Assembly: GCA_964016885.1 (NCBI GenBank)
Contig: OZ024741.1
Coordinates: forward strand, 7,626,001 to 7,690,000
DNA from: Eledone cirrhosa
Taxonomy: Eukaryota
DNA: 64,000 nt
Direction of reading: 5' to 3'
The position numbers were made by a program, and so were the translations under genes. Under the pieces are notes generated by a model. It was not told where the DNA came from. It saw nothing but the letters and a program-made list of their open reading frames with translations, and searched no databases. Numbering within the stretch: the first letter of the stretch is position 1; every line of letters starts with the position of its first letter. Positions 53,268 through 64,000 of the stretch are shown here, piece after piece.

Positions 53268-54905
53268 CATTGGCAGTTTATGAAGATAAAGCAAGAGAGA
53301 TTAGAGTAGTCAGTGTATGAAACAATCTCACGTGTAGCATGCACGCGTGTCTTATTTATACAGGATTAGAGTGCGGCAGATAGTTACTTGTAGGATCAGG
53401 CAGTTAAAGCAGGCAATCAATAGTATTATGTGGGCTGTATTGTTAAATCATTTTTTCGCATACACCTGTATGATATACAATCCCGAATGTAGAGAAACAC
53501 CAAAATATCAAAAATATCAAACATATTATAAAACATATTATAACATATGCAAAACAGTACCACTGTCTTCGCACACACCACCACTCACATAATCCATGAA
53601 ACGCAATATATAGACTACAGGTCTATCACACAATCCACGATGATTCAGCATAGAACCAAGTTATAAACCATATCTTGTCGATTCCTAATTAATAGATCAT
53701 GTTGTTTAGTTTTGTGAGATGACATTATATTCCGGAAGTGTGTGTGTGACCAAGGGGAGTTAATGCGTAAGGGGAGTTAATGCGTAAGGGGAGGTAACTG
53801 GCTGATTTTCATAGTTAAATTTATTATCCTAAATTACATTAATGGTCTTTCAAATAAGTCCCTATCATATGATGTTATAACTAATTTCTAGATTAGGTTA
53901 CTTATAGGTTACAGTGTAGTCTATTAAGAAGTACTAAAGGTGTACATATCAGGATGATTACCTTCTATTAAGGAGTGTCACACCTGAACATTCTATAAGA
54001 AGAGTCAGACCTCCAAATCAATGTTCTTTGTAAGTGTAGTCCACTCTCAGAACCTGGCAGGGTCTTATTATTATATATGACTCCCGGTAAGCTCATTGTA
54101 TGTCTGAATCCTTGGCAAATTTAAATATCACCAGGGTGGCCCGGTGATCAATTCTCTCATATAAAGACATTAATCTGGCCATCAAGCAATACATAAACTC
54201 CCAACTCATATATAAATTAAATTAGGTTTCTTATCTATAAATTACAGTGTAGTCTATTAAGAAGTACTAAAGGAGTTCATATCATGATGATTACAATCCA
54301 ATATGGAGTGCCACACCTGAACAATCTATAAGAAGAGTCAGACTTCCAAATCAATGATCTTTGTAAGTGTAGTCCTCCCGCAGAACCCGGCAGGGTCTTA
54401 TTACTATATAAGACTCCCGGTAAGTTCTGGGTCATTGTATGACTGAATCCCTGGTAAATTCAAATATCACCAGAGTGGTCCGGGGACCGGTTCTCCCATT
54501 GAAAGACACTAATCTGGCCATCAAGCAATACAGAAACTCCTAACTCATATATCACCTGTGCATAATTCATTGTACTCATCATATAGAATATATAGTCCCT
54601 TTAATAATAAATTAATTACTTAATCATCTATCTATCCCATGGTGGCACTCCATGCACAGGATTATGTTAGCACAACCAATACAGTGTCTACAGTTTACAT
54701 TAATCATATATTTGTGCAATGTAGTCCAAGTAATCCAAGGCCAACATATCAGAATTAGAAGTATATGGGGGTATCTCCAGGGTAGATGGTACTATAAGGT
54801 TGCCACTATTAGCTTTAGAGTATATAAATGGGTGTAGAGATGAGGTGTAAGGTGTGCCACTGATGCTAATTGCTAGAGGAGGTGACGGGTTCAAGTCTGA
54901 CATTG

Positions 54906-55898
54906 TTATATATAGGGTTTAAAGTTTTGGAAAGAGTGTCGGAAGCGGTGTTGGCAAGATGCGAACACTTCTGATTTTTTATTAAGGAGATTATGGTTAG
55001 AGAAGATGATAGTATGGGTCTCTAGTAGACAGAGCTTACAAAATTTATTAGGTGGTTTGTACGATGTTGCATTACCTACCACTTCCCATTTAAGTGTATA
55101 TAGTTTATTTTTTGTTTTTAGATAGTGTATGTAGCTAGATAGTGAAGTGGAGTTGGCTAGACTGTGTTTTTTGAAAGAGTGGAGGTGCGAATTGTATCTA
55201 GTTTTGAAGCAGTTAGAAGTAGAGCCTATATAGGTTTCAGAAGAGTTGTTAGTTGTGACTGTGCATGAGTATATGATATCCTTGGTTAAGCATTTTTTAT
55301 CTAAAGGGCAGGTTCTATTAGATCTACAGTTACAATTATTCTGGGTGTTAGTCTGCCGGTTAATATGCTGTGTAGAAGTCTGGATGTTAGCTATAGGGTT
55401 ATAGTTATGTGGGTTGTCGTTCCCAGCGTTATTGTTTACACTAGTACTATTACTATTATTTCTATTGATATTAGGGTTAGTTGCTATAATGTTATTTTGA
55501 ATGTTATTTTGAAGGTTTATCGTCTGTTGTGATTTAGTTTGTTGGAAGTAAGAATTAATTTTTCTTTTATTGCTACTAGCTATGTGGTATGCTAAGTTAG
55601 GCGTAGTAGAGTAGGAGATTTTAATAGTGTTTTTGTTTAAAAGGCTATGGTACTTGTGGCCGGATGGGAAGTTTTTATCTAGTAGTGAGAAGAAAGTCCT
55701 AGGTAGGTTGGTAGAGACGTTTAGATTGAAAGGAGGGTTGAAAAATGTATTATTTCTTCTTCTATTTCTGTTTTTTATGTCTGGTGATTTGTTTCCTTTT
55801 ATGTTACTATGGTAATTTCTGTGGTGTGGGTTACTTTTGTTGTTATCATCTCTATTAGTGTGTATGTGGTTGCTATTCTTATTATTAAATTTTCTCAT
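54906..55898 (-). CDS. PLE linker + GIY-YIG endonuclease (truncated; frame open to about 56027)
   Basis: FFNPPFN, KISYSTTPN, CNCR..CPL..CL, IIYSC..YIGST..FKTRYNSH, CKLCLLE, CQHR. Confidence 0.88.
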   Translation of the reverse strand: MRKFNNKNSNHIHTNRDDNNKSNPHHRNYHSNIKGNKSPDIKNRNRRRNNTFFNPPFNLNVSTNLPRTFFSLLDKNFPSGHKYHSLLNKNTIKISYSTTPNLAYHIASSNKRKINSYFQQTKSQQTINLQNNIQNNIIATNPNINRNNSNSTSVNNNAGNDNPHNYNPIANIQTSTQHINRQTNTQNNCNCRSNRTCPLDKKCLTKDIIYSCTVTTNNSSETYIGSTSNCFKTRYNSHLHSFKKHSLANSTSLSSYIHYLKTKNKLYTLKWEVVGNATSYKPPNKFCKLCLLETHTIIFSNHNLLNKKSEVFASCQHRFRHSFQNFKPYI

Positions 55899-56736
55899 GG
55901 ATATGTTGTGCGAAATAATGTTGTAGCTATGCGTTTTTATAGGTAGGAACTCGATCTCTATATTATGGCCTGATCTAGCTAATGCCTGATTATAATATTG
56001 CGAGTTATTGTTAAATATGTTTACGTCATATGATATAATATGTTTTATAATATGTTTGATATTTTTGATATTTTGGTGTTTCTCTACATTCGGGATTGTA
56101 TATCATACAGGTGTATGCGAAAAAATGATTTAACAATACAGCCCACATAATACTATTGATTGCCTGCTTTAACTGCCTGATCCTACAAGTAACTATCTGC
56201 CGCACTCTAATCCTGTATAAATAAGACACGCGTGCATGCTACACGTGAGATTGTTTCATACACTGACTACTCTAAACTCTCCTCTTGCTTTATCTTCATA
56301 AACTGCCAATGTTTTATTTTTATTTTTATTTTTATTTTTATCCTTTAACCTTTATATGTAAATTGCCATGCTATATCATTATGATGGATGTCATCCCACT
56401 GTGGGTCAATATATGCATATGTTTTTATATGTCTCTTGTGGTGAAAAGGAGGTCAAGTATGTTATAGATCACTAAATAGTTGGTCCGAAGAATCCAAACC
56501 TCGGTTTGGAGGAAACAATTGTAAGCAAATAAATGATTTAAACTGAACTTTGATTATTGTAATCTCTATATAACTGCTCTGTAAAACAACCGATGTTATT
56601 ACATTGAGCTATTTATCTTACTGGTAATAAGATAGTAATGAATGACTATCTTTCACTATTTGGGGTTTGTATATAAAAAATATATAACCATAAAAGGTTT
56701 TATTATATACATAACCATAAATAGTATCCTTAATAC

Positions 56737-56880
<144 letters not shown>

Positions 56881-56984
56881 GTGAGTGTGAATATATATGT
56901 ATGTATATATATGTAATCAAGGTTTAGCAAATAAGAAAACGTGTCAAAATAAATTTCAAAAAATTCACTGTACTTACTATGGTT

Positions 56985-57071
56985 ACCTTTACTGAATCGG
57001 TTTCGAGTCTCAAAAATAAATGGACAGTCCTTGCGGGCTTCCATTGAAAAGATAAACTCTCGTCAGAAGGT
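56985..57071 (-). ncRNA. type I hammerhead ribozyme
   Basis: ACCTT-CTGACGA-GAGTTT..AGACTC-GAAAC-CGATTCA-GTA-AAGGT. Confidence 0.8.
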
Positions 57072-57261
57072 TCTTTTCACTCGGAGAATATAAAATTCCC
57101 GAGTTCAAATTACGAACTGGCGCTATTCAAAATTGTTCCCGAGATGAGAATGAATGTATGTATATATATATGTGTGTGGTTCTAAATGCATCAAAAGGAT
57201 GAAACCCTACTGAGACACATATGTTCTCTGTAGATGTTAGAATTATTTAACACACGCACAC

Positions 57262-57354
<93 letters not shown>

Positions 57355-57356
57355 TA

Positions 57357-57387
<31 letters not shown>

Positions 57388-58173
57388 GTATATATACATA
57401 TTTACATACATACACATATGTATTTCTCAATGTATAATTATACACATACATGACATATATATGCATACATGCATATATATGTGTATGTATATATATATAT
57501 ATAATACTTATATCCACATATATATATATATATACGTATACACACACACACACGCACACACACATATATATATATATATATATGTATATTTACATACATA
57601 GATACATACGTACATATGTATCTCTCAATATATAATTATACACATATAACATTTATAAAACTCTGATATATATATATATTCTCAGAGATATAAACTATAT
57701 TATATTGCGTAGACAGAAATAGGCGTAAGACATTTGAATGTATAAAGATGTGAAGTGCTGTATATCAGGACATAGTTCATAAGATTTGACAAACTACTCT
57801 CCCCTGAACTGTTCTTCATCACCGCCCTTCATCTCTGTACAAGACTTTAAATCAAGTCTTCAGACTGCTCTCACTCTAACAATGTCACTTTAATTGACTC
57901 CTTTACTAATCAGATGAATTTATTTCATTCTACTTCCCACCCACATTGAAATAACTTGATATATTATACAGAACCTACAACTAAATCTCTTTTACTTTTA
58001 TTTTCTATATGGCATAGACAAAGTAGAAAATGGAGCACCCTTGGCCTTCTTCAGGGGGTTCATCACTTGTGGGTGGAATTCTCTTCCGTTTAGAACTTTG
58101 AAGTGCTTATATTAATTCTCTTTTAGTTCCATTAAAAAACTGGGTAATCTACGCCAAAGCTGAAATAACACCA

Positions 58174-58425
58174 AGGCGTGTTGCCCTGTGGTAAGTGTGA
58201 TGGGCTTACGATCATAATGTTATGGGTCCGATTCCTGGACCGGGTTGTGTGTTGTATTCTTGAGCAAAACACTTCATTTCACGTTGCTCCAGTATACTCA
58301 GCTGAAAATTAATTACCAGCAATAAGCTGGGGGTGTGATGGACTGGCGTCTGTCCAAGGGGGATTCTTGTACTCTCAGTCGTCGCTTCACGCCACGGAAA
58401 CTGGGATAAGTACCGGCCTGACTTT
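58174..58425 (+). mobile_element. tRNA-derived SINE, second family
   Basis: A/B-box-like TGTGGTAAG..GGTCCGATTCC, then TTCTTGAGCAAAACACTTCATTTCACGTTGCTCCAG. Confidence 0.7.
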
Positions 58426-58734
58426 AGACCTTTATAGACTTCCCACCCACATTGAAATAACTGGGTTATCTATTCGAAAGCTGAACCAATAGGACTCGAG
58501 ACAGAAGGTTTTTGGTTCAATTTCATCAGAAGATAACCGTAGTTTATTCTTAAAGTAACGAACAGAATCGAAGACAATTCTTACACTAAGTTATTATGAA
58601 TTATTCTAAGTTATTAGAATAGGGATTTCACATGAAGAATCCTGTCAGAACCGCTTTCCCTGGGATCCTGTTTCAAGTTTCTTCAATTGGAGTATTCTAA
58701 CATGTGTTGATGAAACTCTCTCTCTCTCTCTCTA

Positions 58735-58826
<92 letters not shown>

Positions 58827-58830
<4 letters not shown>

Positions 58831-59260
58831 GGAGGTGAGTTTTATTGTAGTACAATAAAGCAATGCAGATATCGGATAAGTCTTCTAACGGTTTTTTTAA
58901 CCTCTCTATGTAAAACAATATATTTTTCTCAGTTATAAAAGCTATCTCTCTCTCTCTATCACCCATCTCTCCTCCTATCTCATCTCATCCTTCCTCATTA
59001 TACTCCTCCCCCTCCACTTTTTACTCTCATCTCCTCCTCTTTTTCACCCCCCCCCTCAATTTTTTTCCAAATATCACACATCAATCTAAAACTACTTTTC
59101 ATATGTTGATTTAAAACTGCACTATTCACAAGTGTTTTTTAACCTTCATATCATGTCTCCCTATTTTATCTGACGAAAACGCAAATGTTATTGCATGATG
59201 ATATTTGTTTTTGAAATGCGCATAATAAAATACATGGAACTCTTTTAACCATCTTTTGAT

Positions 59261-59266
<6 letters not shown>
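58827..59266 (+). mobile_element. ORF-less derivative of the 36344 PLE family, with HHR at 59162-59232
   Basis: 58827-58878 matches 36344-36395; 58885-59125 matches 38688-38925; HHR TATTTTAT-CTGACGA..GAAAT-GCGC-ATA-ATAAAATA. Confidence 0.8.
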
Positions 59267-59296
<30 letters not shown>

Positions 59297-59377
59297 GATA
59301 AGCAGAACAAGTAAAATTCAATCAATTTTTCAAAATACATTAAAAAATATAATATAAATATTTACCTCTTCTAGTGG

Positions 59378-59456
59378 CCCTTACTGATCAGTTTCGCTTT
59401 GTAAAACCTCATAAATCCGATGGATTTATGATGGAAAACCAAAGCTCATCAGAGAA
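59378..59456 (-). ncRNA. type I hammerhead ribozyme with extended stem II
   Basis: TTCT-CTGATGA-GCTTTG..TCATAAATCC-ATC-GGATTTATGA..CAAAGC-GAAAC-TGATCA-GTA-AGGG. Confidence 0.85.
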
Positions 59457-59510
59457 GCATTTTCCCTTCCTAGGGCTAAACGTCCCAGGAACGACAAAAT
59501 ATACAACCTC

Positions 59511-59560
<50 letters not shown>

Positions 59561-59567
<7 letters not shown>

Positions 59568-61785
59568 ATACTTGGGGAGGGTCATATTTGTGTAATATTG
59601 CCAGAATTAATAACAGAACACACTCACTGTTTGGTTGGTTTTCGCTTCTCGCTTCTGTGTCTTTTATATCGGTAATCTAACTTACTCGGTCCTCAATGTT
59701 GCCATTGACTGACCGATGGTCAAAAATAATACAGATACAATATAGACACAAACACATATATATAGTTTATCATAAATCTTTCGTTGCACATCTGCAACAT
59801 CGTCAGTGGTGTTATCGTTTCCTCCTGTTGTATTGTATGTCTACGCCATTTTTATTCAGTCTGTCTATATATTTATTTATTTATTTGCTTGCTTGTTTAT
59901 TTTATTTTGTCTTCATTGCGCATGCGTTTGCGTGTGTGTATAGTGTTTTGTTTGCTGTGTGATGGGTAACTAGTGTGTGTTTATGTGCTTGTTGTTATTG
60001 TGCTTGTGTATGTATTTATTTATTTATTTATTTATTTGTTTTATTTTATTTACTTATTTATACTTCTCTTAGGTCAGTGTTGTTTGTTTGGGTGTTGTTG
60101 TTATTCCATTCATTCTTTCTGTTTAGTCTTGGTCTTCTAATTTCTATTTCACTGGCCTCTCTGATTTGCCTATCTGCTGGGTCATTTCTATGTTTAGATA
60201 TTATTCTAATTTCTATGTTGTCTATGTTACCGTCATGTTGTTGTCTAGCATGTTCGTATAGTACTGACCCGTTTTTTCGTCCTTTTAGTTCCCCCCAGTG
60301 TTGGTCTATCCTTTCACCTATGCTACGAGCTGTCTCACCTATGTATGTTGTTGTCATGTTTCTGCAAGTACCCTCTGTACATCTTATGCTATAGACTACG
60401 TTTCTAGTTTTACAGTTTATCCGGGGGTTTACCTTACATATGATACATTTCCTATTGGTACAGTGGGTTTTCTTAAAAGGGTAGGTTTTACTGATCAGGG
60501 ATTTTATGGTGGTTCCTGGCTTTTCTACCACCTTAATTTTTAAGTATGTCTTTCTCAGGGCCTTTCTACACTGGTTAGCTAATTTCCCTCCAGGGGTAGC
60601 GTCCACAAACATGACACTCTGGTATCTCTGGTTGTCGTACCATGAGGTGACTTTCCCTATCTTATGTCTAGCCCTATCTAAGCTATTCCATGATTTGCTC
60701 CTGTATAATGGGCAAATTCCTTTCATGTCCAATTCTATGAGGGTCTTATACTTCTCCATGGCTCCTTCGTATACTCTGACTCTGTCTCTTTGGTTGTAGC
60801 CAGAGAACTGCATGCGGTTGATGCAGTGTTGGATGTGTCTTTCCATTTCTGTTGGGTCGCACATGCGGGACACATTCTTCATCACTCGTACCAAATCTGC
60901 GATCAGAATATTAAACTTAGCACTACTGGACATTACTGAGTTTTTGAGTATCAGGTATTTGGAGGCCATGGGTTTAGCATAGTGTGAGTGGAGAATTTGG
61001 GCTCTCTCGTCTATAGTGTTAATCCAGAGTTCTGTGTCTAATACAGGTAGTCTATTGTTAGGGTGTTTGGAAGGGAAGTCGATAGTTACAGTTATACTCT
61101 GGTGTATGGAATTAGCTATCTGCTGGATGCTTTCCATCCTGCTACGTTCTAAATCAAACTTGTTAGTGCTCTCTAGTGGGGATGTTCTTATAACTATATT
61201 GATATCGTCTACATAACGAGAGTACATGATGAGGTCTATGGAGCTCTCATTAAGGAGATCTTTAAGTCTCCTTTCCCACCATACCATGAAAAGGTTGGCA
61301 ACATCACCAGCTATGCTGACGCCAATGGCTGCTCCCTCATTTTGGGTGTAGATCTTCTCGTTGAACTTAAATATGTGGCCCTTTAGGGTAGTTTTGATAC
61401 TAGCCCCTATTGCATGTGCGACCATTTTCCTTACCTGATCATTGTTTTGGGGGATCCGTATAGCTTTGGTCCACCCAAACACCACTGACGATGTTGCAGA
61501 TGTGCAACGAAAGATTTATGATAAACTATATATATGTGTTTGTGTCTATATTGTATCTGTATTATTTTTGACCATCGGTCAGTCAATGGCAACATTGAGG
61601 ACCGAGTAGGTTAGATTACCGATATAAAAGACACAGAAGCGAGAAGCGAAAACCAACCAAACAGTGAGTGTGTTCTGTTATTAATTCTGGCAATATTACA
61701 CAAATATGACCCTCCCCAAGTATAACAATATTTGTTTCGACACACGATTTCATATAAAAAACCTCGCAAAACTAATTCATCGCCG

Positions 61786-61787
<2 letters not shown>
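59561..61787 (-). mobile_element. 5'-truncated Neptune-like PLE with inverted pLTR
   Basis: 59561-59813 is inverted to 61478-61730; each arm has the minimal HHR CTGACGA-T-GTTGCA-GATG-TGCAAC-GAAA. Confidence 0.9.
60058..61485 (-). CDS. PLE RT C-terminal half + Cys-rich linker + GIY-YIG
   Basis: YTQNEGAAIG, YSRYVDD, LPVLD, C..KCIIC..C, VVYSIRC..YIGETARS..RIDQH. Confidence 0.9.
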   Translation of the reverse strand: MVFGWTKAIRIPQNNDQVRKMVAHAIGASIKTTLKGHIFKFNEKIYTQNEGAAIGVSIAGDVANLFMVWWERRLKDLLNESSIDLIMYSRYVDDINIVIRTSPLESTNKFDLERSRMESIQQIANSIHQSITVTIDFPSKHPNNRLPVLDTELWINTIDERAQILHSHYAKPMASKYLILKNSVMSSSAKFNILIADLVRVMKNVSRMCDPTEMERHIQHCINRMQFSGYNQRDRVRVYEGAMEKYKTLIELDMKGICPLYRSKSWNSLDRARHKIGKVTSWYDNQRYQSVMFVDATPGGKLANQCRKALRKTYLKIKVVEKPGTTIKSLISKTYPFKKTHCTNRKCIICKVNPRINCKTRNVVYSIRCTEGTCRNMTTTYIGETARSIGERIDQHWGELKGRKNGSVLYEHARQQHDGNIDNIEIRIISKHRNDPADRQIREASEIEIRRPRLNRKNEWNNNNTQTNNTDLREV

Positions 61788-61833
<46 letters not shown>

Positions 61834-62095
61834 TTATTTATTAGATATTGAGTTAGAAACTTAAAATAGTCTCTTACAATTAAATAGCTCAAAGAAAGAA
61901 GATTTTCCGAGCCGTGTAATATGATTGAATATACAAGAGAGATAAACACAAATATAAACATATATGTGTTCGAAATGTAAAGGACCAGATTCAGTAGGGT
62001 GAAAAAAATACTAACTATAACAATATGGTTTGCCAGACTTAATTCAAAGTTATAAATCAAGAAAAAGAACAAACCTATTTTGGGCAACTGCCCGA

Positions 62096-62175
62096 AACAC
62101 CTAGACAGTTATAGTAACTGTTTCGCAAATTATTAAGCAAGGGAATCACCAACTTTCTGCTCATCAGTAGGTGTT
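62096..62175 (-). ncRNA. canonical full type I hammerhead ribozyme, GUC cleavage site
   Basis: AACACCTA-CTGATGA-GCAGA..TTTGC-GAAAC-AGTTA-CTA-TAACT-GTC-TAGGTGTT. Confidence 0.92.
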
Positions 62176-62198
62176 AAAATATATATATATATATATAC

Positions 62199-62890
62199 AA
62201 TATATTAATAAATGGAAATTATATTTATAAAACAATAATTATTTTATTATATATATTTCAAGGGCAACCAAGGCAAATTTTGGTGCGCTTTCATCATATA
62301 AAATACAAATTTGTTTTATAAATAAATATTGAAATACCCGCATAAAGACAACCTTAACGGTTGAGGTTCGCTGGATAGTGGAAGAAATATTTTATTGAGG
62401 GTTAACCGTAATAATATTTTAACCGTTAAAGTTGTCTTTATGCGGGTATGTCAATATTTATTCATGAAACAAATTTGTATTTTATCTGATGAAAGTGCAC
62501 CAAAATTTGCCTTGGTTGCCTTTGAAATATATATATAAAGACAACCTTAACGGTTGAGGTTCGCTGGATAGTGGAAAAAATATTTTATTGAGGGTGATCA
62601 CCCTCAATAAAATATTTTTTCCACTATCCAGCGAACCTCAACCGTTAAGGTTGTCTTTATGCGGGTATGTCAATATTTAATTATGAAACAAATTTGTATT
62701 TTATATGATGAAAGCGCGCCATAATCTACCTTGGTTGCCCTTGAAATATATATGAGAAAATAATGATGGTTTTATAAATATAGTTTCCATTTATTAATAT
62801 ATTGAATATTTACTCCACTAAACTGTTGAGTGCTTTATATCAGTTATAACAATTTTTAAGCTTGTTGAATCCCAACAAATTAAATATAAC
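62199..62890. mobile_element. multiply inverted PLE pLTR element with three HHR copies
   Basis: Alternating -,+,-,+ segments; palindrome centre GAGGGTGATCACCCTC near 62598; intact HHR core at 62481-62539, ATGATGA cores near 62295 (-) and 62705 (+). Confidence 0.8.
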
Positions 62891-62920
62891 CGCTGCATAT
62901 ATATATATATATATATATAT

Positions 62921-63110
62921 AGGAAAATGTATGACCCCGACGGCAGAGCTCAAGCCGTTTCGACGGCTATTTCTGGACAGAAATAGCTGACGAAACGGCT
63001 TGAGTTCTGCCGTCCTGGTCATGCATTTTCCTATTACCCACTCTACTACCCTAAGCATTGTGTACTCTGGCGCATTATGGTCCATCTGGTTCCTTACCAC
63101 AACTCATTCG

Positions 63111-63112
<2 letters not shown>
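62921..63112. mobile_element. small fold-back pLTR derivative, same family as 30441-30676
   Basis: About 55-bp inverted arms with almost no spacer, plus a tail; flanked by (TA)n. Confidence 0.75.
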
Positions 63113-63156
<44 letters not shown>

Positions 63157-63377
63157 CAAGTAAGTATGCTTTTAAACAGTGAGCAGGTTTGAAGTTAGAA
63201 AATAGAATAGCTTTCGCCGTATTTTGACTACAGAAATTTTAGTCTGATTTTGGGGTTTAGAACCCTCAGATAAATGGAAAAAGATGAGTATTGGCGTACA
63301 TGGGAGTCGAACCTACATCTTTGGTTATCCATACCACTGTGCTACTATTACACCAACACAACATGTGTTGGTGTTCT

Positions 63378-63648
63378 CTTTCTTTCACTGCCCCCATCTC
63401 TCTCGCTCTCCTCACCTCTCTCTTTCACTGCCCCCGTCTCTCTCGCTCTCCTCACCTCTCTCTTACACTGCCCACGTCTCTCTCGCTCTCCCCATCTCTC
63501 TTTCACTGCCCCCGTCTCTCTCACTCTCCCCACCTCTCTCTTTCACTGCCCCCGTCTCACTCGCTCTCCCCATCTCTCTCTTTCACTGCCCCCGTCTCAC
63601 TCGCTCTCCCCACCTCTCTCTTTCACTGCCCCCGTCTCACTCACTCTC
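63378..63648. repeat. about 40-bp CT-rich minisatellite
   Basis: TCTTTCACTGCCCCCGTCTCTCTCGCTCTCCCCACCTCTC, about 7 copies. Confidence 0.9.
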
Positions 63649-64000
63649 CTAAGTCTCACTTTTATGTACAAATGGGGGCCCACGTGCTGGTCACCCCGGG
63701 GTCCCAGCGGACAGAATAGAAATGGCGTTTTCCTGGAGGCTGACACCTGTGGATAATTAACGTGGTGCCGACGGTGGTGATTAGGGAAGTGGCCCTAGGG
63801 TCAAGAATACCAGAAGTCTCCACGGTGTGGTATATAATTCCTAGTATATATTTCCTCTGTACAGGGTAGGATTAAGTTCTTTTGAGTCCCTAAGTACTTA
63901 AAACATTACGGCGCTTGCAATGTATAACGTCTATAAAATATATTTTGGGGAAATGACAAATATATTTAACTTATATTTAATGGTGTCCTTCTTTCAATGT

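Overview
AT-rich, microsatellite-saturated animal genomic DNA. The SINE families and repeat landscape resemble an octopus/coleoid cephalopod; this is inference from memory and unverified. No host gene can be identified with confidence, and almost every ORF in the supplied track is a simple-repeat artefact. The real coding content is retroelement-derived: one near-full-length and four truncated Penelope-like elements (PLEs, RT + GIY-YIG), a 5'-truncated L1/Tx1 LINE with an intact ORF, an RTE remnant and three R4/Dong-like RLE remnants. Non-coding mobile elements include two non-autonomous Helitrons, tRNA-type SINEs and bipartite RTE-derived elements. The most interesting layer is RNA structure. 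(1) About 20 hammerhead ribozyme (HHR) motifs, intact or degenerate, sit in PLE terminal repeats and small fold-back elements in (TA)n tracts. (2) A 420-bp-period, ORF-less HHR tandem element looks like a retrozyme. (3) A covarying bulged stem-loop (RCTC-hairpin-TN-GAGY-RCT) recurs about 17 times across unrelated PLE families, usually 45-70 nt downstream of the HHR. Element 3' ends repeatedly fall 3-8 nt upstream of it, which makes it a candidate reverse-transcription positioning signal. All folds and alignments were done by eye; coordinates may be off by a few bases.
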